This document shows, in pieces, positions 47,159 to 50,466 of a DNA stretch of 50,466 bases (position 1 is the first letter of the stretch; each line of letters opens with the position of its first letter). The stretch lies in NCBI GenBank assembly GCA_031389865.1, contig JANMSY010000409.1, positions 1 to 50,466 on the forward strand, written 5' to 3'. The DNA is from Anaerolineales bacterium. Its GTDB lineage: Bacteria; Chloroflexota; Anaerolineae; Anaerolineales; Villigracilaceae. Position numbers and translations under genes: made by a program. The notes under the pieces are model-generated. The model was not told the origin of the DNA. It was given only the letters and a program-made list of their open reading frames with translations, and did not search any database.

Positions 47159-48850
47159 ATGAAGCGCGATCTACGAGAATTGTCTTCCCGTCAATTTGAT
47201 GTAGTAGTCATAGGTGGGGGTATCCACGGCGCATTGACTGCCTGGGATGCAACGCTGCGAGGCCTCTCGGTTGCGTTGATCGAGCGGGGAGATTTCGGTG
47301 GCGGCACCTCGCAGAACAGCCTTAAGATCATCCATGGCGGCCTGCGCTATCTTCAGGATGGTAACCTGGCGCGCATCCGCACCATGGCGCGCGAGCGCAC
47401 TACATGGATGAAAATTGCCCCTCACCTGATTCACCCGCTGCCTTGTCTGACGCCCACGTACCCGAAGCTGACACGCAGCCAACTTGCGATGAAGGTTGCC
47501 CTCACCCTGAATGACTTGATTAGTTTTGACCGCAATCAATTAATCGACCCTGAAAAATTCCTTCCAGCGGGAGCAATCATATCCGCTGAAGAATGTGCGC
47601 GACTCCTGCCCGGTATTGACTCAAATGGAATGACTGGAGCGGCGGTCTGGCATGATGCGCAGGTCTATAACTCTGAGAGATTATTGCTGGAATTCGTTAT
47701 TTCCGCCGCAGGAACGGGCGCAACCATGGCAAATCATGTGGAAGCCACGGGTTTGATCCAACACGAAAACACCGTCATTGGCGTACGCGCCAGAGACAAT
47801 TTATCAGGACAGATATTTGACATTCAATCCAAAATGGTCATCAACTGTGCAGGAGCGTGGATCGATTGTCTGCTTGAAAGCACTGGAAAGATGACCAGAC
47901 CCAGATTTGCGGCATCCGTTGCAATGAACCTCATCACCGATCAAGTGTGGAAAGGTTACGCCGCCGGATTGCCCAGTCAGCCGGCCAGAAGACGCGTCGG
48001 GAATAAAGATAAACGTTCGCAGCTATTATTCATTGTGCCATGGCAGGATAAATCCATGATTGGCACATGGCATATCCCCTGGCCTTCACAATCTCCAGAT
48101 GCGTTTCAAGTGACTGATGAGATGGTCCAGGAATTTATTGACGAAGTGAACAGCGCCGATCCGTCCCTGGAGTTGACACTGGATAACATTCAGCATGTGA
48201 ACTGGGGATTTTTGCCTTTCGAGAGTAGGGCTGGTAAAAATGACCCGCTGAAGCTTGTCCGCGACGGCCAGGTGATCAATCATCTAAAGGAAGATCGAAT
48301 TCAAGGCCTGATCAGTCTGGTGGCGGTGAAGTTCACTACGGCGCGAGTGATGGCGGAAAAAGCAGTCAACCTGGCAGTTAAACAATTGAACCTCATAGGG
48401 ATGCCATGCCGAACTCATATCACTCCAATAAGGGGGGGGCAGATCGAGAATTTCAACAAGTTCCTCAAGGGTGCATTTGATAAAGCGCCGCGAGGATTCA
48501 GCCCGGAAATCATTAAGCATCTGGCGTACACGTATGGCTCGGAATATGAGAGCATCCTGGATTACATGACTCATCAGCCAGAGTTAGGGGAAACTGTGGC
48601 TGAAGACTCACCTGTCATAAAAGCGGAGATCGTTCATGCAGTCCGCTGCGAGATGGCGCAAACGCTCAGGGATGTGATCCAGCGACGCACAGAGCTGGGC
48701 GCGGCCGGGTTGCCGTCCATGACTACGCTGCAAAATTGTGCGAGTCTGATAGGCAGTGAATTGGGCTGGAGTATTGAGCGCCAGCACCAGGAAATCGACT
48801 CTGTCATTCAGGCCTATCCCTTCAAACCCATGGAAAGAGTGACAGCGTAG
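47159..48850 (+). CDS. FAD-dependent glycerol-3-phosphate dehydrogenase/oxidase family protein (GlpD-like)
   Basis: VIGGGIHG, ERGDFGGGTS.NS.KIIHGGLRYL, INCAGAW, KFTTARVMAE, EMA..L.D..RRT. ATG at 47159. Confidence 0.88.
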   Translation: MKRDLRELSSRQFDVVVIGGGIHGALTAWDATLRGLSVALIERGDFGGGTSQNSLKIIHGGLRYLQDGNLARIRTMARERTTWMKIAPHLIHPLPCLTPTYPKLTRSQLAMKVALTLNDLISFDRNQLIDPEKFLPAGAIISAEECARLLPGIDSNGMTGAAVWHDAQVYNSERLLLEFVISAAGTGATMANHVEATGLIQHENTVIGVRARDNLSGQIFDIQSKMVINCAGAWIDCLLESTGKMTRPRFAASVAMNLITDQVWKGYAAGLPSQPARRRVGNKDKRSQLLFIVPWQDKSMIGTWHIPWPSQSPDAFQVTDEMVQEFIDEVNSADPSLELTLDNIQHVNWGFLPFESRAGKNDPLKLVRDGQVINHLKEDRIQGLISLVAVKFTTARVMAEKAVNLAVKQLNLIGMPCRTHITPIRGGQIENFNKFLKGAFDKAPRGFSPEIIKHLAYTYGSEYESILDYMTHQPELGETVAEDSPVIKAEIVHAVRCEMAQTLRDVIQRRTELGAAGLPSMTTLQNCASLIGSELGWSIERQHQEIDSVIQAYPFKPMERVTA

Positions 48851-48853
48851 TTT

Positions 48854-49666
48854 ATGCAATCGAATCATCAACCCTGGCAGATCAAAATGTTTCGTCGTTC
48901 CATCAAGAAGCAACAGAAACTCAAAGCACTGTTGGAACTGCTCGGCGAAACCAAAGGTAAAAGATGCCTGCTTGTCACCAACGGTGACAACAACGGTGCG
49001 CTCAACTGGTACTTCCGTGAACATGGCGGCGAATGGACGTGGGCGGATGTCTCTGGCGAGAACAATGACCAGATTTCCAAACTGCTGAACCAGCCGGTCC
49101 ATGCCTACGGGGAGGATAACTTTCAAATCCCCGATGGCCAGTTCGATTGTGTTGTCTCCATTGATGTGTTGGAACATCTGAAACAGGATCAGCCCTTTCT
49201 AAAGGAAGTAAAGCGGGTCTTAAAGCCCAGCGGCAAGGCTGTCGTCACGGTCCCCAATGGAGATGAGAAGCTCCTTGCAAATCAAATCAAATGGAAGCTC
49301 GGCATGACGCCTCAAGTGTACGGTCATACGCGTGCAGGCTATACGGTGGCGGAATTATCTGACTCCATCCACAAGGCGGGCCTTCAAGTAAAGGACTCAG
49401 GTGGCTACTCGCGCTTCATCACCGAGATGATCGAGCTCGTCATTAATTTTGGTTATGTGCGAGTGCTTGCCAAAAAACGCGGCGGCGCGCAGGCGGGTCA
49501 TATTGCGCCTGTTTCCTCCGCTGAATTGAAGACACATGGCATGGCATATAAAATCTATTCGTTTCTTTTCCCCCTTGCGTGGGCGGTCAGCCTGCTCGAT
49601 CATCTGCTGCCCGCGAGAACCAATAATGCAGTGGTTGTCACCGCGCTAAAACAGGATAACGAATGA
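48854..49666 (+). CDS. Class I SAM-dependent methyltransferase with atypical motif I
   Basis: FDCVVSIDVLEH, RVLKPSG..TVPN. Motif I reads LLVTNGDNNG. Confidence 0.75.
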   Translation: MQSNHQPWQIKMFRRSIKKQQKLKALLELLGETKGKRCLLVTNGDNNGALNWYFREHGGEWTWADVSGENNDQISKLLNQPVHAYGEDNFQIPDGQFDCVVSIDVLEHLKQDQPFLKEVKRVLKPSGKAVVTVPNGDEKLLANQIKWKLGMTPQVYGHTRAGYTVAELSDSIHKAGLQVKDSGGYSRFITEMIELVINFGYVRVLAKKRGGAQAGHIAPVSSAELKTHGMAYKIYSFLFPLAWAVSLLDHLLPARTNNAVVVTALKQDNE

Positions 49667-50466
49667 AAGTATTGATCACCGGCGCGGGTGGATTCATCGG
49701 AAGCCACCTGGTGGATAGCCAGCTCGAACAGGGACATGACGTGCGGGCGGTCGACCTCCACCTTGACCTGCTGAGGCATCAATCGGCACATCCTCATCTG
49801 GAAGCGGTCCCCGGCGATATCACAGACGAGAATCTGCTCAGGAAAGCTGTTGAGGGTATGGATGTTGTCTATCATCTCGCCAGCGCGCACCTGGATGTGA
49901 GCCTGTCAGATGAACAGTACCGGCGCGTGAATGTCGGTGCAACATTGGCTCTGTTACGAGCGGCGAAACAGGCAGGAGTCAAGCGTTTCGTCCATTGCAG
50001 CAGCGTGGGTGTGATCGGGGATGTGGATAATCCTCCCGCTGATGAAACCACAGTCTGTTACCCGACCAATATCTACGAACGGACCAAGCTGGAAGGCGAA
50101 AAGGCCGCGATCGATTTTGCCCGGCGAACGGGCTTCCCCGTAGTTGTGATGCGTCCCGCATGGGTCTACGGACCGCGCTGTCCACGCACGGCAAAGTTAA
50201 TGCGGACGATATCCAGGGGCAGGTTCCTATTCTTTGGCAAGGGTCAAAATATGCGCCATCCCGTCTATATCAGCGACGCGGTCCGGGGTCTGGAATTATG
50301 TGCGAGCACGGAGGGCGTACATGGTGAGGTGTTTATCATTGCTGGCGAAAACGCTGTGCCGGTGTCCGAGCTGGTGAATGTGATGAGCGCGGAACTGGGC
50401 GTCCGCCCACCAAAACTTCATCTGCCGATCACATTGGGCCTGCTGGGTGGTTATTCACTTGAAGTC
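49663..50466 (+). CDS. NAD-dependent epimerase/dehydratase (extended SDR), truncated by window end
   Basis: Read manually (absent from the ORF track): MKVLITGAGGFIGSHL, HLA, CSSVGV, YERTK, RPAWVYGP. Confidence 0.92.
   Translation, partial: MKVLITGAGGFIGSHLVDSQLEQGHDVRAVDLHLDLLRHQSAHPHLEAVPGDITDENLLRKAVEGMDVVYHLASAHLDVSLSDEQYRRVNVGATLALLRAAKQAGVKRFVHCSSVGVIGDVDNPPADETTVCYPTNIYERTKLEGEKAAIDFARRTGFPVVVMRPAWVYGPRCPRTAKLMRTISRGRFLFFGKGQNMRHPVYISDAVRGLELCASTEGVHGEVFIIAGENAVPVSELVNVMSAELGVRPPKLHLPITLGLLGGYSLEV

Noticed and set aside
1-50466. CRISPR array, rRNA, integrase or transposase genes
   Set aside because: I saw no regularly spaced repeats, rRNA-like sequence or recombinase motifs in the window.

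Overview
The window probably comes from a Chloroflexota (Anaerolineae-like) bacterium. This is inferred from protein and lipoprotein style and the lack of an outer-membrane Wza, not proven. It has two blocks. Block 1 (1-15.9 kb) is a rare-sugar uptake and catabolism locus: FGGY kinase, GntR and ROK regulators, a Gfo/Idh/MocA dehydrogenase, a fucose/arabinose-isomerase-like protein, four TIM-barrel isomerase/epimerases and a CUT2 ABC transporter. Three sigma70 promoters in it are each followed by the same TGTMAT-N6-ATKACW operator. The block ends at an orphan 3' half of tRNA-Pro(CGG) plus terminator (16115-16210), which looks like a genomic-island att junction. Block 2 (16.3 kb to the end) is a large Wzx/Wzy exopolysaccharide locus. 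It is headed by ECF-type promoters and a NusG/RfaH paralog, and encodes a PelD-like degenerate GGDEF membrane protein, a catalytically degenerate Wzc, a lyase-like lipoprotein, four kinase-fold proteins, a deacetylase, a sulfotransferase, methyltransferases, AsnB and GlpD. Its most notable part is a cassette of D-2-hydroxyacid dehydrogenase, PEP mutase and ATP-grasp ligase, with no ppd or cytidylyltransferase in the window. This suggests a phosphonolactate-decorated glycan. A 123-bp MITE-like element with a 9-bp target duplication lies at 42543-42683. All annotation is by eye, without database searches.
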